Shown here one piece after another: positions 48,266 through 59,819 of a DNA stretch of 64,000 bases. How positions within the stretch are numbered: the first letter of the stretch is position 1; each line of letters starts with the position of its first letter. The position numbers and the translations under genes were made by a program. This stretch comes from an uncultured Gemmatimonadales bacterium (GTDB lineage Bacteria; Gemmatimonadota; Gemmatimonadetes; Palauibacterales; Palauibacteraceae), in contig CAWANJ010000007.1 in NCBI GenBank assembly GCA_963783385.1, forward strand, positions 128,001 through 192,000, read 5' to 3'. The notes under the pieces were generated by a model. It was given only the letters and a program-made list of their open reading frames with translations. It had not been told where the DNA came from and searched no databases.

Positions 48266-49015
48266 GTGAGATCCATCGTGTGCATCAAGCGCGTACCGGA
48301 CACGGAGGCGCGCGTTCGGATAGCTGCCGACGGGGTCTCCCTGGACCCCTCGGGAGTCAAGTATGTCCTCAATCCCTACGACGAGTTCGCCCTCGAGGAG
48401 GCCATCCGCCTCAAGGAGGAGGCCGGCGAGGGGTCGGTGACGGCGCTCTGCCTGGGTCCGAAGGAGGCGGCCGAGCAGCTTCGCACGGCGCTGGCCATGG
48501 GCGCCGACGACGCGGTGCTCCTCGCCGCCGAGCCGTCGCACGACGGGCTCGTCACGGCCAAGGCGCTGGCCGCCGAGATCGAAGGCCGGGAGTTCGACCT
48601 CCTCCTGTTCGGCAAGCAGGCGGTCGACGATGACAACATGCAGGTTCCGGCCATGGTGGCCGAGCTCCTGGGGCTGCCGTGCGCCACCGTGGTGGTGGAG
48701 CTGGAGGTGTCGGGGCGGCACGTCACCGCCCGCCGGGAGGTGGAGGGCGGTCACGAGACGGTGGAGTTCGACCTGCCGGGCGTGGTGGCGGCGCAGAAGG
48801 GCCTCAACGAGCCCCGCTACCCGAGCCTCAAGGGGATCATGACCGCCAAGCGGAAGCCGCTCGAGGAGAAGGAGGCCGCGGCGGTCGAGAGCTCCCTGGA
48901 GCTGCTGTCCCTCTCCGAGCCGCCCGCGCCGGAGGCAGGAGAGATCGTGGGCGAGGGGGCGGACGCGGCCCCCGAGCTCGTCCGGAAGCTGCGCGAAGAA
49001 GCGAAGGTGCTCTGA
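48266..49015 (+). CDS. etfB: Electron transfer flavoprotein beta subunit
   Basis: VCIKRVPD, NPYDEFALEEA, ALAMGAD, GKQAVD, NEPRYPSL. Confidence 0.96.
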   Translation: MRSIVCIKRVPDTEARVRIAADGVSLDPSGVKYVLNPYDEFALEEAIRLKEEAGEGSVTALCLGPKEAAEQLRTALAMGADDAVLLAAEPSHDGLVTAKALAAEIEGREFDLLLFGKQAVDDDNMQVPAMVAELLGLPCATVVVELEVSGRHVTARREVEGGHETVEFDLPGVVAAQKGLNEPRYPSLKGIMTAKRKPLEEKEAAAVESSLELLSLSEPPAPEAGEIVGEGADAAPELVRKLREEAKVL

Positions 49016-49995
49016 TGGGTCGCGTGCTGGCGGTAGCGGAGACGAGGAGCGGCACGCTCCGGGGCGTGTCGCGCGAGGTGGTGACGGCGGCCCGGACGCT
49101 GGCTTCGGGGCTCGGTGGAGGCGTGGACGCGCTCGTCCTGGGACCGCCCGGAATCGCGGAAGCGGCCGGCGAGCTGGGCGGCTACGGCGCCGACCGGATC
49201 TTCGTGGGAGAGAACGACGCGTACGGGGCGTACGCTCCCGACGCGGCGCTGCGGGCCGCGGCCGACCTGCAGGGGCGAGAGGGCTACGCCGCCGTCGTGC
49301 TGGCGGCCTCGGCCCAGGGCAAGGACCTGGCGCCACGCCTGGCCGTTCGACTCGACCGCCCTCTGGCCACCGACGTGACCGCGATCGAGGTCGAGAGCGG
49401 CCACGTGGTGGTCGTGCGGCCCCAGTACGCGGGCAAGGCGCTGGCGCGCCTGCGCTTCACGGCCACGCCAGCCGTTCTCAGCATCCGTCCCAACGTGTTC
49501 CTGCCCGAGGAGCGGTCGGGGGAGGGCGCGGTGGAGACGCTGGCCGTCGATCCGGAGCCGGCCCGCGCGCGCGTCCAGCCCGTGGAGGGCGGCGAGCGCG
49601 GCGCGCTCGACGTGGCCGAGGCGACGGTCGTCGTGGCGGGCGGGCGTGGTCTGGGCGGCCCGGAGAACTGGCGCCTGCTCGAGGAGCTCGCGGACGCGCT
49701 CGGCGACGGCGTCGCCCTCGGCGCCAGCCGCGCCGTGGTGGACGCCGGGTGGCGACCGCACGAGGAGCAGGTCGGACAGACCGGGAAGGTCGTGACCCCC
49801 GACCTCTACTTCGCCATCGGGATCAGTGGTGCCATCCAGCACCTGGCCGGCATGCGCACGGCCAAGGTCATCGTCGCCGTCAACAAGGACCCCGAGGCGC
49901 CGATCTTCGACGTGGCCGACTATGGCATCGTGGGTGACCTGTTCGAGGTCCTGCCCCGGCTCACCGAGGAGATCCGTAAGGTCCGGGAAGGCTGA
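49015..49995 (+). CDS. etfA: Electron transfer flavoprotein alpha subunit
   Basis: [27 protein letters not shown]. Confidence 0.96.
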   Translation: MGRVLAVAETRSGTLRGVSREVVTAARTLASGLGGGVDALVLGPPGIAEAAGELGGYGADRIFVGENDAYGAYAPDAALRAAADLQGREGYAAVVLAASAQGKDLAPRLAVRLDRPLATDVTAIEVESGHVVVVRPQYAGKALARLRFTATPAVLSIRPNVFLPEERSGEGAVETLAVDPEPARARVQPVEGGERGALDVAEATVVVAGGRGLGGPENWRLLEELADALGDGVALGASRAVVDAGWRPHEEQVGQTGKVVTPDLYFAIGISGAIQHLAGMRTAKVIVAVNKDPEAPIFDVADYGIVGDLFEVLPRLTEEIRKVREG

Positions 49996-50059
49996 AGCAG
50001 CGGGTCGGGCTCGGGCCCGCGCTGCCGCCCGCGTCCGGCCGCTACCGCACCCCCGGGGC

Positions 50060-50109
50060 TTGACGTCGCGGCGATTCTTTTTTTTAGACTCTCAAATATC
50101 GTAGAGTCT
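50060..50109 (+). promoter_or_regulatory. Putative promoter and palindromic operator upstream of padR-like gene
   Basis: TTGACG-N19 (contains T8)-TAGACT; inverted repeat AGACTCT-N10-AGAGTCT (50086-50109). Confidence 0.5.
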
Positions 50110-50140
50110 CAAGGGAGTGTCTCGAGCGAGGAGGCGCCCG

Positions 50141-50478
50141 GTGACCGAGCCCGTCCCCGTCCTCAAGGGCACGCTGGACGTCCTGGTCCTGAAAGCGCTG
50201 AGCTGGAGGCCGATGCACGGCCTCGAGATCACCGACTGCTGGCCGACCGGTCCGGCGGGCAACTGGCCTTCGACGAGTCCGGTGTGTACCAGGCGCTGTA
50301 CCGCATGGAGGGCCGGGGCCTGATCGAGGCGGAGTGGGGCGTGAGCGACCACAACCGGCGGGCCCGCTACTACCGGACCACGGGGGCGGGCGAGCGGCAC
50401 CTCGCGGAGGAGACCCGCCAGCTGGTCCGCTTCGGCGAGCTCCTCACGTCCATCCTCACGACCTCGCCGGCGGGATGA
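50141..50478 (+). pseudogene. PadR family regulator (acidobacterial type), frameshifted near 50238
   Basis: LKGTLDVLVLKAL..PMHG in one frame; YQALYRME..WGVSDHNRRARYY in another; adding one G restores ITDWLADRSGG. Confidence 0.8.
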
Positions 50479-53068
50479 GACCGTGGATCCGCCGAGGGGT
50501 ACGGCGGCTCTTCCGGCTCCGTCCGGGCCGGCGCGATGACATCGCGCGCGAGACGGACGAGGAGATCCGCGAGCACCTCCGGCGCCGCGCCGAGGAGCTC
50601 GAGCGCGGCGGCCTGTCGCCCGAGGAGGCGAGGGCCGAGGCGCTGCGGCGGTTCGGGGAGCTCGAGGCCGTTCGATCCCGCCTGGTCCGCGCCGCCACGA
50701 GGCGGGAGCGGCGGATCCGGCTCCGGGACCGCCTGCTGCTCCATGGCCCCGAGTACGTCGTGCACCCGGGCCGGCTGGCGCGCTTCTCCTACACCGCCAC
50801 CGTGCCGGGCGAGGGCACCTACGCGGACAACGCCTTCGGGTACGTCACCTACACGGCGCTGCGAGACCACGCCCGCGGCTTCTCGGGCGTGGCGGCGTAC
50901 TCGGAGACGCACGGCGTGGTGGGCGACGGGGCGGGCGCCGCGGCCGCTCGGATCGGTCACGCCACCGCCGACTTCTTCCCGCTCCTCGGGACGACTCCCC
51001 TCCTGGGACGCTTCTTCGATGCGCAGGAGGATCGCCAGGGGGCCGCCCGGAGGGTAGCGGTGGTCGGCCACGCGCTGTGGAGGAGCCGATTCGGCAGCGA
51101 CCCGTCCATCGTGGGCCGCACGGTTCGGATCGACGGCCGGGCTTACACGGTGATCGGCGTGGCAAGGTCCGGGTTCACGGGGGTCGAGCTCGAACGCGTG
51201 GACGCGTGGCTCCCGATGTCGCTCAGCCAGCACAGCGCGGACTGGGCGACGTCCTGGCAGGTGCAGTGGCTCCAGGTCGTGGCCCGCCTGGCGCCCGGCG
51301 TGGACCGGAAGCGCGCCTCCGCGGAGGCCACCCGTGCCTTTCGGGCGGCCTATCCGGGAGGCGACGAGGCGATCGCTCACGCCACGCTGCACGCGGACCC
51401 GCTCTCCTACGACGACAACGGCCGCGAGTCGATGCAGGTCGCGGTGGCCCGGTGGCTCCTCGGCGTCTCGCTCGTGGTCCTCCTGGTGGCGTGCGCCAAC
51501 GTCGCCAACCTCCTGCTGGCGCGTGCGCTCCGGCGGCGGCGCGAGATCAGCGTCCGCCTGGCGCTCGGCATCTCTCGCGCGCGCCTCGCGCGGCTCCTGT
51601 GGGGGAGAGCCTGCTGCTGGCGCTCCTGGGGGGCGGGGCCGCCCTCGTGGTCGCGCCGGTCGTGGGGGGTATCGTCCGGCGCACCCTCCTTCCGGGGGTC
51701 GAGTGGACGCACGGCGCCCTGGACGCACGCGTGCTCGCCGTCGCGGCTCTCCTGACCCTGGTGACCGGGCTCGTCACGGGACTCGTGCCGGCCCTGCGCG
51801 CGGGCGGCGGGGACGCCACGGCATCGCTCCGATCCGGGATGCTCGAGCCCGGGCCGTCCGCGTCGCGCGCCCGGTCGTGGCTCGCGGCCGGACAGGCGGC
51901 CCTCTCCGTCCTGCTGCTCGTAGGGGCGGGCCTGTTCATCCGGAGCCTCGAGCGCGCCCGCGGGGTGGACCTGGGCTTCGAGCCCGAGCGCGTGCTGGCC
52001 GTCTCGCCGGACTGGTCGGAGCCGGGACCGATGGCCGCGCCGACGCCGGAGAAGGCCGACCGGCGGCGGGCGCGCCGGGAGGCGTTCTTCGCCGCGTCCT
52101 TCGCCCGCGCCCGCAAGCTACCGGGCGTCGCGAGCGCCGCGATCACCGTGGGCACGCCCTTCCGTTCCTGGTTCACGGTCCGGCTCCGGATCGAGGGCCT
52201 GGACTCGGTGCCCGTCCTCCCCGGCGGCGGCCCCTACGTCCAGGCCGTCTCTCCCGGTTACTTCGCGACCATGGGGATTCCCGTCTTGCGGGGGCGGGCC
52301 TTCGGCGGAGGAGATCACCGCGGGAGCGAGCCGGTGGCGCTCGTGAGCCGCACCATGGCCCGGACCCTGTGGCCGGACGGCGAGGCGATCGGCCACTGCC
52401 TCCTCATTGGCCGGGACGACCCTCCGTGCTCACGCGTGGTGGAGATCGTGGGGGACGTCCATCGTCAGGCACTCCGCGAGAAGACCTCCATGCAGTACTA
52501 CGTGCCGCTGGGGCAGGAGCGGGGGTTCGGGGGGGCGAGCCTCGTCGTCCGCCCCCTCGGCGATCCCGGGGCCGAGGTCGCGCCGCTTCGGAAGGCGCTC
52601 TCGGGCCTGGAGGTTACCGTGCTCTACCTGCAGGTCCAGACCCTGGAGAGCGCCATCGACCCGGCGTACCGTCCCTGGCGGCTGGGCGCCTCGCTCATCG
52701 GCGCCTTCGGGCTCCTGGCCCTCGTGATCGCGGCCATCGGCCTGTACAGCCTGATGGCCTACGTGGTGGCGGAGCGGAGGCACGAGGTGGGGATCCGCAT
52801 GGCCCTCGGGGCCGGACGCGGCGACATCCTGCGGCTGGTCGTGGGGCGCGGGGTCGGCCCGGTCGCCGTCGGGCTCGCCGCCGGTGGGCTCCTGGCCGCG
52901 GCCGTCGCCCCGCGGGTGAGCGGCCTCCTGTTTGAGGTGTCGTCCCTCGATCCGGTCACCTACGCCGCCGCCGCGGCGGCGCTGCTGGGCATGGCCCTGC
53001 TGGCCTGCGCGCTACCGGCACGGCGAGCCGCGTTCGTGGACCCGGCCCGGGTGCTGCGCGCGGACTGA
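50475..53068 (+). pseudogene. ADOP-type duplicated ABC permease, with apparent internal deletion (~50730) and frameshift (G5 51601-51605)
   Basis: Permease prefix domain (EEIREHL..ALRRFG), LVACANVANLLLAR..REI, LLVGAGLF, ERRHEVGIRMALGA; first TM segment missing. Confidence 0.8.
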
Positions 53069-53119
53069 TCCGCCGCGCCGGAGATCGCCCGCGCTCGACG
53101 ACTTCAGCCGAGGCGCGCC

Positions 53120-54072
53120 TCACGGCCTCCACTTGGGATGCTCGTCGTCGGCCGACTCGGTGGTGAGCCGCACGAGGCCGCTCCCGTCGAGCTTGATCGA
53201 GTAGATCTCCCAGTTGCCGTCGCGGTACGTGTCGAACACGAGCCGCGTGCCGTCCGACTTCCAGCTCGAGGCGAAGTCGTCCGCCGCGTGCTGCGTCACG
53301 TTGATGGGGTTCGAGCCGTCGGCCTCCATCGTGTAGACCTCGTCGTTCCCGTCCCGGTCGGTCACGAAGGAGAGATGCGAGCCGTCGGGGGACCAGGCGG
53401 GCGAGCAGTCGAAGGCCGGGTTGGCGGTCAGGTTCGTCGGATTCGAGCCGTCGGCGTCCATGACCCACACGTCGCCGTTGCCCGACCGGTCGGAGAAGAA
53501 CGCGATCTTCGTCCCGTCCGGCGACCAGATGGGCTCCTGGTCGGTCGCGGGGTCGTCGGTGATGCGGACCGGGCTCGAGCCGTCGACGTCCATTACGTAG
53601 ATCTCGCCGTTGCCGTCGCGGTTGGTCGCGAACGCGAGCTTCGATCCGTCCGGCGACCAGTTCGGGAAGCGATCGACGGCCGGGTCGTTCGTCAGGCGCG
53701 TGAGCCCGGTCCCGTCCACGTCCATGATGTAGACCTCGGTGTTGCCGGCCCGCGTCGAGGCGAAGGCGATCTGGCTGCCGTCCGGCGACCAGGCGGCGTC
53801 CCCGTCCGCGGCCGCGTTGCCGGTGATATCGACCACCTCCGCGCCATCGGGCGTCATGAGGTAGATCTCGCGGTTTCCATCTCGCTGTGATTCGAAGGCA
53901 ATGAGGTCGCCGGTGAAGTCGAAGCCGGGCTCCGGAGTCGGCGAGACGGGCGGCTGCGGACCGAACGCGGGGCCGGTGGGCGTGCTCTTGCCACAGGCGC
54001 CGAGGACGACCAGCGCGGCGATGGCGATCCGGGGGGGATGAGGCTCGTCGAGGCGGGGCTCCTGCGGTGCAT
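53120..54072 (-). CDS. TolB-like (PD40 repeat) beta-propeller lipoprotein, frameshift in G7 54031-54037
   Basis: Repeated WSPDG..IAF..R.GN.EIY; AGGAGG RBS at ATG 54072; one extra base joins it to IAIAALVVLGAC lipobox. Confidence 0.8.
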
Positions 54073-54329
54073 GGGATGCCTCCTGTCGGTCGGCGTCGGT
54101 GCGGCATGCCGGGCGGGCCGAGCCCCCGGCAGCCTCCTCTCGACAGGATGAACGCAGTCCCGCTCACGAAACGGACATCCTTCGTGCGACGCCGGGGAGA
54201 GCGCGGCCATCCTCGCCCGGTTCCGGCGAGATGTCTCCCATGTTCGGAGCTACAGACTTATATTGGAAATCAGGGGGGATCGGGAACGGGAGGGGATGGG
54301 CCACCGGACTCCAGCGGAGCGCGGCCCAC

Positions 54330-54902
54330 GTGGTCGAGGCACAGACCGTCACCCAGATCCTGAGGGCGTCGCGGTCCGGGAGCCGGCCGGCCGTGGATCG
54401 CCTGTTCGCGTTGCTCTACGACGAGCTGCGCGGGGTCGCCCATCGACAGCTCAATGCGGGCGCGCGGGGCGTCACCCTCAATACCACCGCCCTGATCAAC
54501 GAGGCCTACCTGCGCATGGTCGATCAGACGCAGGCCAGTTGGGAAGACCGCGCGCACTTCTTCGCCTACGCCTCCAGCACCATGCGGACCGTCGTCGTCG
54601 ACTACGCGCGACGCCGCGGCGCCAAGAAGCGCGGCGGTGACATGCAGCGGCTGTCGTTCGAGGACCGAGACCTGCCGGTGGAGGACCAGGCCGAGATGAT
54701 CGTGGCCGTCGACAATGCGCTCACGCGGCTGGCGCAGGTGAGCGAGCGCCTTTGCCGCATCGTGGAATGCCGCTTCTTCGGGGGCATGAGCGTCAATGAG
54801 ACCGCTACGGCGCTGGCGGTCTCCGACCGCACGGTGCGCCGTGACTGGATCAAGGCCAAGGCGTGGCTGTACGCGGCGCTATACGGGGAGGCCGCCGGCT
54901 GA
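54330..54902 (+). CDS. ECF sigma factor, TIGR02999/PF07638 type
   Basis: LYDELRGVA, TTALINEAYLR, DRAHFF, KRGG, RFFGGMS, TVRRDW..AKAWL. Confidence 0.9.
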   Translation: MVEAQTVTQILRASRSGSRPAVDRLFALLYDELRGVAHRQLNAGARGVTLNTTALINEAYLRMVDQTQASWEDRAHFFAYASSTMRTVVVDYARRRGAKKRGGDMQRLSFEDRDLPVEDQAEMIVAVDNALTRLAQVSERLCRIVECRFFGGMSVNETATALAVSDRTVRRDWIKAKAWLYAALYGEAAG

Positions 54903-54924
54903 CGCGGCCGGCGCTACGAGGAGC

Positions 54925-57854
54925 GTGTACGCCTTGGCCCCGGAGGACTGGGAGCGGCTCGAGAGCGCCCTCAATGGAGCCTTCGAGCTCCCGGCGGCGG
55001 AGCGGGACGCCTTCCTGACCCGCGCCTGCCGCGGGGACGCCGCCCTCCTCATGAGCGCCCGCCGGGCCCTGGGGACGGGGGAGGCCGCCCACGACTTCCT
55101 GGAGCGCCCCTTCGGGACGCTCGTCTCGGAGCTCCTGAGCGAGGTGGCGGAGAGCGCCGGGCCCGTGGCGGGGGCCGGGGAGGACGGCCGGGCAATGGGG
55201 CGCCGGATCGGTCCCTACCGGCTCCTCCGGGAGATCGGTCGGGGTGGCATGGGGGCGGTCTATCTCGCGGACCGGGACGACGACCGCTTCGACCGCCGCG
55301 TGGCCGTCAAGCTGGTCCGCACCGGGGTGCTGGCGGGGGAGTTCCGGCGGCGGTTCTTCCTCGAGCAGCGCATCCTCGCCTCGCTCGAGCACCCCCACAT
55401 CGCCCGCCTCTACGATGCGGGCATCGGCGACGACGGGACGCCCTACATCGTGATGGAGTTCGTGGAGGGCCGTCCCATCGACGACCACTGCACGGAGCTC
55501 GATTCCCCGGTGGACGAGCGCCTGCAACTCTTCGACCAGGTATGCGACGCGGTGGAGTTCGCGCACCGGAAACTGGTCGTGCACCGGGACCTCAAGCCCG
55601 GCAACGTTCTCGTCTCGGACCGGGGCGTCGTGAAGCTCCTCGATTTCGGGGTCGCCAAGCTGCTTGCCGGGGAGGGCCGCCCCGCGGGCTCGCTCACGGA
55701 GGCCGGGGAAGGCCGCGCCTTCACGCCCGAGTACGCCAGCCCCGGCAGCTCCGCGGCGAGCCGGTGTCGACGGCCACGGACGTGTACGCGCTGGGAGTCC
55801 TGCTCTACGAGCTGCTCACGGGGTCGTGGCCCTATCGCGCCGCAGATCGGAGCTCGCGGTCCATCGAGAGAGCCGTGCTGGAGCAGGAGCCCATACGGCC
55901 GAGCGCAGCCGCCGCGGGGCGGTCCGACGCCGGCCGCGCGCGCCGGCTGCGGGGGGACCTCGACGACATCGTCCTCATGGCCCTCCGCAAGGAGGCGGAG
56001 CGCCGGTATGCCTCGGTGGCCGAGTTGCGCGACGACCTGCGCCGTCACCGGGAGCGGCGCCCGGTGCGGGCTCGCCCGGACACGTGGAGGTACCGGGCCG
56101 GGCGATTCGCCTCGCGGCACCGGACCGGGGTAGCGGCGGCGGCGGTCGTGACCGTCTCGGTGCTGGCGGGTCTGGCCGGAACCGCGTGGCAGGCACGCGC
56201 GGCCTCGCGACAGGCAATGCGGGCCGATCGGGTGCGCGACTTCGTGGTGGAGCTCGTCCAGGTGTCCGATCCCGACCGATCGCGGGGCGAGAGCATCAGC
56301 GCCCGCACGCTCCTGGACCGCGGGGCCGAGCGCCTGCGCACGAAGCTGGACGCCGAGCCCGAGACGCGGGTGGAGATGCTCGACGTCCTCGGCGACATCT
56401 ACACGAAGCTGGGGGTCTACGACCGGGCGCGGCCGCTGCTGGAGGAGGCGCTCAGCGAGCGCACGCGCCTGCGGGGGCCCGATGACCTGGCGGTGGCCCG
56501 CAGCGCGTCGATCCTGGCCGCGCTGCTCCTCGAGCAGGGCGAGTACGAGCGCGCCGAGACGCTGGCGCGCCGGGCACTGGCCGTTCGTCGCAGGCGACGG
56601 GGAGCCACAGACACGCTCGTGGCGGCGAGCATGAGCGACCTGGCGGCGATCCTGGATCACCGGGGCCGGCTCAAGGAGGCGGAGGACCTGTACCGGTCCG
56701 CGCTGGCGATCGACCGTGCGCGCGGCGCCCGGCATGCCGTGGCGACGGACCTGGGCAGCCTGGGCGTGGCCCTGTGGCGCGAGGGCGAGTACGACGAGGC
56801 CCTGCCTCCTGCCGAGGCGGCGTTGGCGCTCCGGCGCGAGCTCTACGGCCCGGAGCACACGCTGGTGGCGACCGATCTCTTCAACCTGGCCACCATCGAG
56901 ATGGACCGCGGCGAGCTGGACCGGGCGGAGGAGCTGTTCACGGAGTGCCTGACCATGCGCAGGAAGCTGCTCGGGGAGCGCCACCCGTTCGTGGCCCTGA
57001 CGCTGAACAACCTGGGGGAGCTCTTCCAGCGGCGCGGTCGGCTCGAGGAGGCGGAGCGGGCGCATCGGGAAGCCCTGACCATCCGGCGCGAGACCCTGGG
57101 CGAGGACCATCCGGAGGTGGCGGCCAGTCTCAACGACCTCGGGGTCGTCCTCTACTTCCGGGGAGATCGCCGGGGAGCGGCCGAGCAGTTCCGCCGCGCC
57201 CTGGCGATCTGGCGCCCCACCCTGGGCGACACGCACCCGCGGGTGCTCACCGGGCTCAACAACCTGGGCGCGGCCCTCCGGGAGGCCGGAGACCTCGAGG
57301 CGGCCGAGCCGCCGCTCCGCGAGGTGCTGGAGCTGCGCCGGACGGTGCTCGGTCCCGGGCACCCGGACGTAGCCCAGAGCCTCAACAACCTGGCCGAGCT
57401 GCTGGTACGGAAGGGCGACTACGACGAAGCCGAGGCGGACTTCCGATCGGCGCTCGCGATCTGGCGGAAGGCCCTGGGCCGCGACCATCCAACCACTGCC
57501 TACGCGCTGAACGGCCTCGGTCGGCTGATGGCCGCCCGGGGACGATGCGCGGAGGCCGAGGCGCCCTTGCGCGAGGGGCTCGAGATCCGCGTGGCCAAGC
57601 TGGAAGAGGGGAGCACGCTGACCGCCGGCACGCGGCTGGCCCTCGGGCGCTGCCTCGTAGCGCTGCACCGGTTCGATGAGGCCGAGCCGCTCCTCCTCGC
57701 CAGCTATCCCGCGATCCGGAAGGCCCGGGGCGACGAGGACGCACTCACCGGGAGAGCGAGGAAGGCCCTGGCAGACCTGTACAGGGCCTGGGGCCGACCG
57801 GTCGAAGCGCGCCGCTATCGCACGCCGGTTGCCGGAAGCGGGTCGCGCTCCTAG
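54925..57854 (+). CDS. Membrane Ser/Thr protein kinase with TPR array, frameshift at ~55744
   Basis: GRGGMG, VAVK, HRDLKPGN, DFG, TPEYASP then frame change (E codon lacks a base) to DVYALG; TM helix; HP..A.SLNNL repeats. Confidence 0.85.
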
Positions 57855-57947
57855 CCTGAGCGCGACCGTCGGGGCCGGCCGCCGGTGCGCCGTCGGAGTC
57901 GGCCGGGCCCGGCACGCGATCGCCCCTGGAGCCAGCGCGAGGTCGCC

Positions 57948-58667
57948 GTGGCTCACGACGTCCCGAAGACCCCCGGTTGGATCCTCGACGAGGAGGCTCA
58001 CGCCGGCCCCGAGCACCTCGACGTGGAATACCTCTCCGACTACGACGCGAAGGCGAAAACCGATCCGTCGGAGGACGTGTCCCTGTTCCTGGACCTCGGA
58101 CTCGGCGCGGGCTCGACCGTGCTGGATGTGGGCACGGGAACCGGGACCTTCGCGCTGGCGGCGGCCCCGCATTGCGCCCGAGTCGTGGCCGTGGACGTCC
58201 CGGCGCCGATGCTGGAGAGGCTCCGGGCCAGGGCTCGGGAGGCTGGGATCGACAATGTCGAGCCCGTGCGTGCGGGCTTCCTGACCTACGAGCACCGCGG
58301 GCCCCCGGCCGACTTCGCCTACTCGCGGAACGCGCTCCACCACCTGCCCGACTTCTGGAAGGCGGTGGCGCTGGAGCGGCTGTCGGACACTCTGGCGCCG
58401 GGCGGCTTCCTTCTTCTCCGGGACCTGGTCTACTCGTTCGGCCCCGCGGAGGCGGGGCAGGCGATCGAGGCGTGGGTCGGCGGCGCGTCCCCGAGGCCTG
58501 GGGAAGGTTGGACGAGGTCGGAGCTCGAGGACCACGTCCGGTCCGAGCACAGCACCTTCAGCTGGCTCCTGGAGCCAATGCTGGAGCGGGCCGGATTCGA
58601 GATCCGGGAGCGCGAGTCCCGCGAGTCAGGCCCCTACGCCGCCTACCTGTGCGCCCGGAGGGCATAG
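57948..58667 (+). CDS. Class I SAM-dependent methyltransferase
   Basis: VLDVGTGTG, ALHHLPD, LAPGG. Confidence 0.9.
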   Translation: MAHDVPKTPGWILDEEAHAGPEHLDVEYLSDYDAKAKTDPSEDVSLFLDLGLGAGSTVLDVGTGTGTFALAAAPHCARVVAVDVPAPMLERLRARAREAGIDNVEPVRAGFLTYEHRGPPADFAYSRNALHHLPDFWKAVALERLSDTLAPGGFLLLRDLVYSFGPAEAGQAIEAWVGGASPRPGEGWTRSELEDHVRSEHSTFSWLLEPMLERAGFEIRERESRESGPYAAYLCARRA

Positions 58668-58719
58668 CCCGGGCCGTGCGTCGGGCAGGCCGCGGCCCGC
58701 CAGGCGAGGGAGGGAAGCG

Positions 58720-59819
58720 ATGAGAGACGCGACGCGGGTGGTCCGCGCCGGACTGCCGGAGCCGGCCCAGGGGGAGCCCTTCCTGCCCGGCCCGACCTTC
58801 ATCAGCACCACCCATCTGGCCGGGGACCCGGCGTCGGCTCCCTACAGCTACGGCCGCTACGACAACCCGACCTGGAGCGCCTACGAGCGGGCGCTCGCCG
58901 AGCTGGAAGGTGGCCCGGCCGCAGTGGCCTTCGCCTCGGGGATCGCCGCCATCCACGCGGCAATGTCGGTGGTGCTGCGGCCAGGGGACGCGGTCGTCCT
59001 CCCGTCGGACGGCTACTACACGACCCGGGCGCTGGCCTCCGGGCACTTCGGAGCGCTCGGGGTGGAGGTCAGGGAGGCGCCGACGGCCGGCAGCGCGCAG
59101 GGCGGGCTGCTGGAGGGAGCGCGGCTCCTGTGGCTCGAGACGCCGGCCAACCCGGGGCTGGACGTGTGCGACATTGCGGCGCTGGCCGCAGCCGCGCACG
59201 AGGCCGGCGCGGTGGTGGCGGTCGACAACACCTCGGCGACGCCGCTCGGCCAGCGGCCGCTGGAGCTGGGGGCCGACCTGTCCGTGGCCTCCGACAGCAA
59301 GGCGCTGTGCGGCCACAGCGACCTGGTGCTCGTGCACGTGGCGACGAACGACCCGGAGTGGACCGCCAGGCTCCGGGCCTGGCGCACCGGTCGCTGGCCA
59401 CGCTCGACGTGCGGCTGGAGCGTATGTGCCGGAACGCGCAGCGGCTGGCCGAGCTCCTGGCCGGGCGGCCCGAGGTCGTCTCCGTCCGCTACCCGGGCCT
59501 CGCATCCGATCCCTCGCACCAGCCCGCCTCCCGGCAGATGGCCCGGTACGGCTCGGTGGTGAGCTTCGATCTCGGGAGCCGGGAGGCCGCGGAGGGCTTC
59601 CTCGCCGCCTGCCGGGTCGTCCTCCAGGCCACGAGCTTCGGGGGGCTCCATACGACCGCCGAGCGTCGGGCGCAATGGGGCGGCGACGCCGTGCCGGCGG
59701 GCTTCATCCGCATGAGCGTCGGCTGCGAGGACGGCGAGGACCTGGCGGAGGACGTGGCCCGGGCGCTGGACGCGTCTCGCGCCGCGGCGCCGGGCGCTGA
59801 GGGCCCGGATGGGGCCTGA
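58720..59819 (+). pseudogene. Cystathionine gamma-lyase/synthase family enzyme, frameshifting internal deletion near 59379-59388
   Basis: YGRYDNPT, ETPANP, VDNT, SKALCGHSD; C-terminal SLATLDVR, YPGL, SFGG and RMSVGCE lie in another frame. Confidence 0.8.

Noticed and set aside
53120-53900. ~130-bp periodic repeats as a CRISPR or DNA repeat array
   Set aside because: They are degenerate protein-coding PD40 repeats with no identical repeats or unique spacers.
56400-57700. ~126-bp periodicity
   Set aside because: Explained by TPR coding repeats of the kinase.
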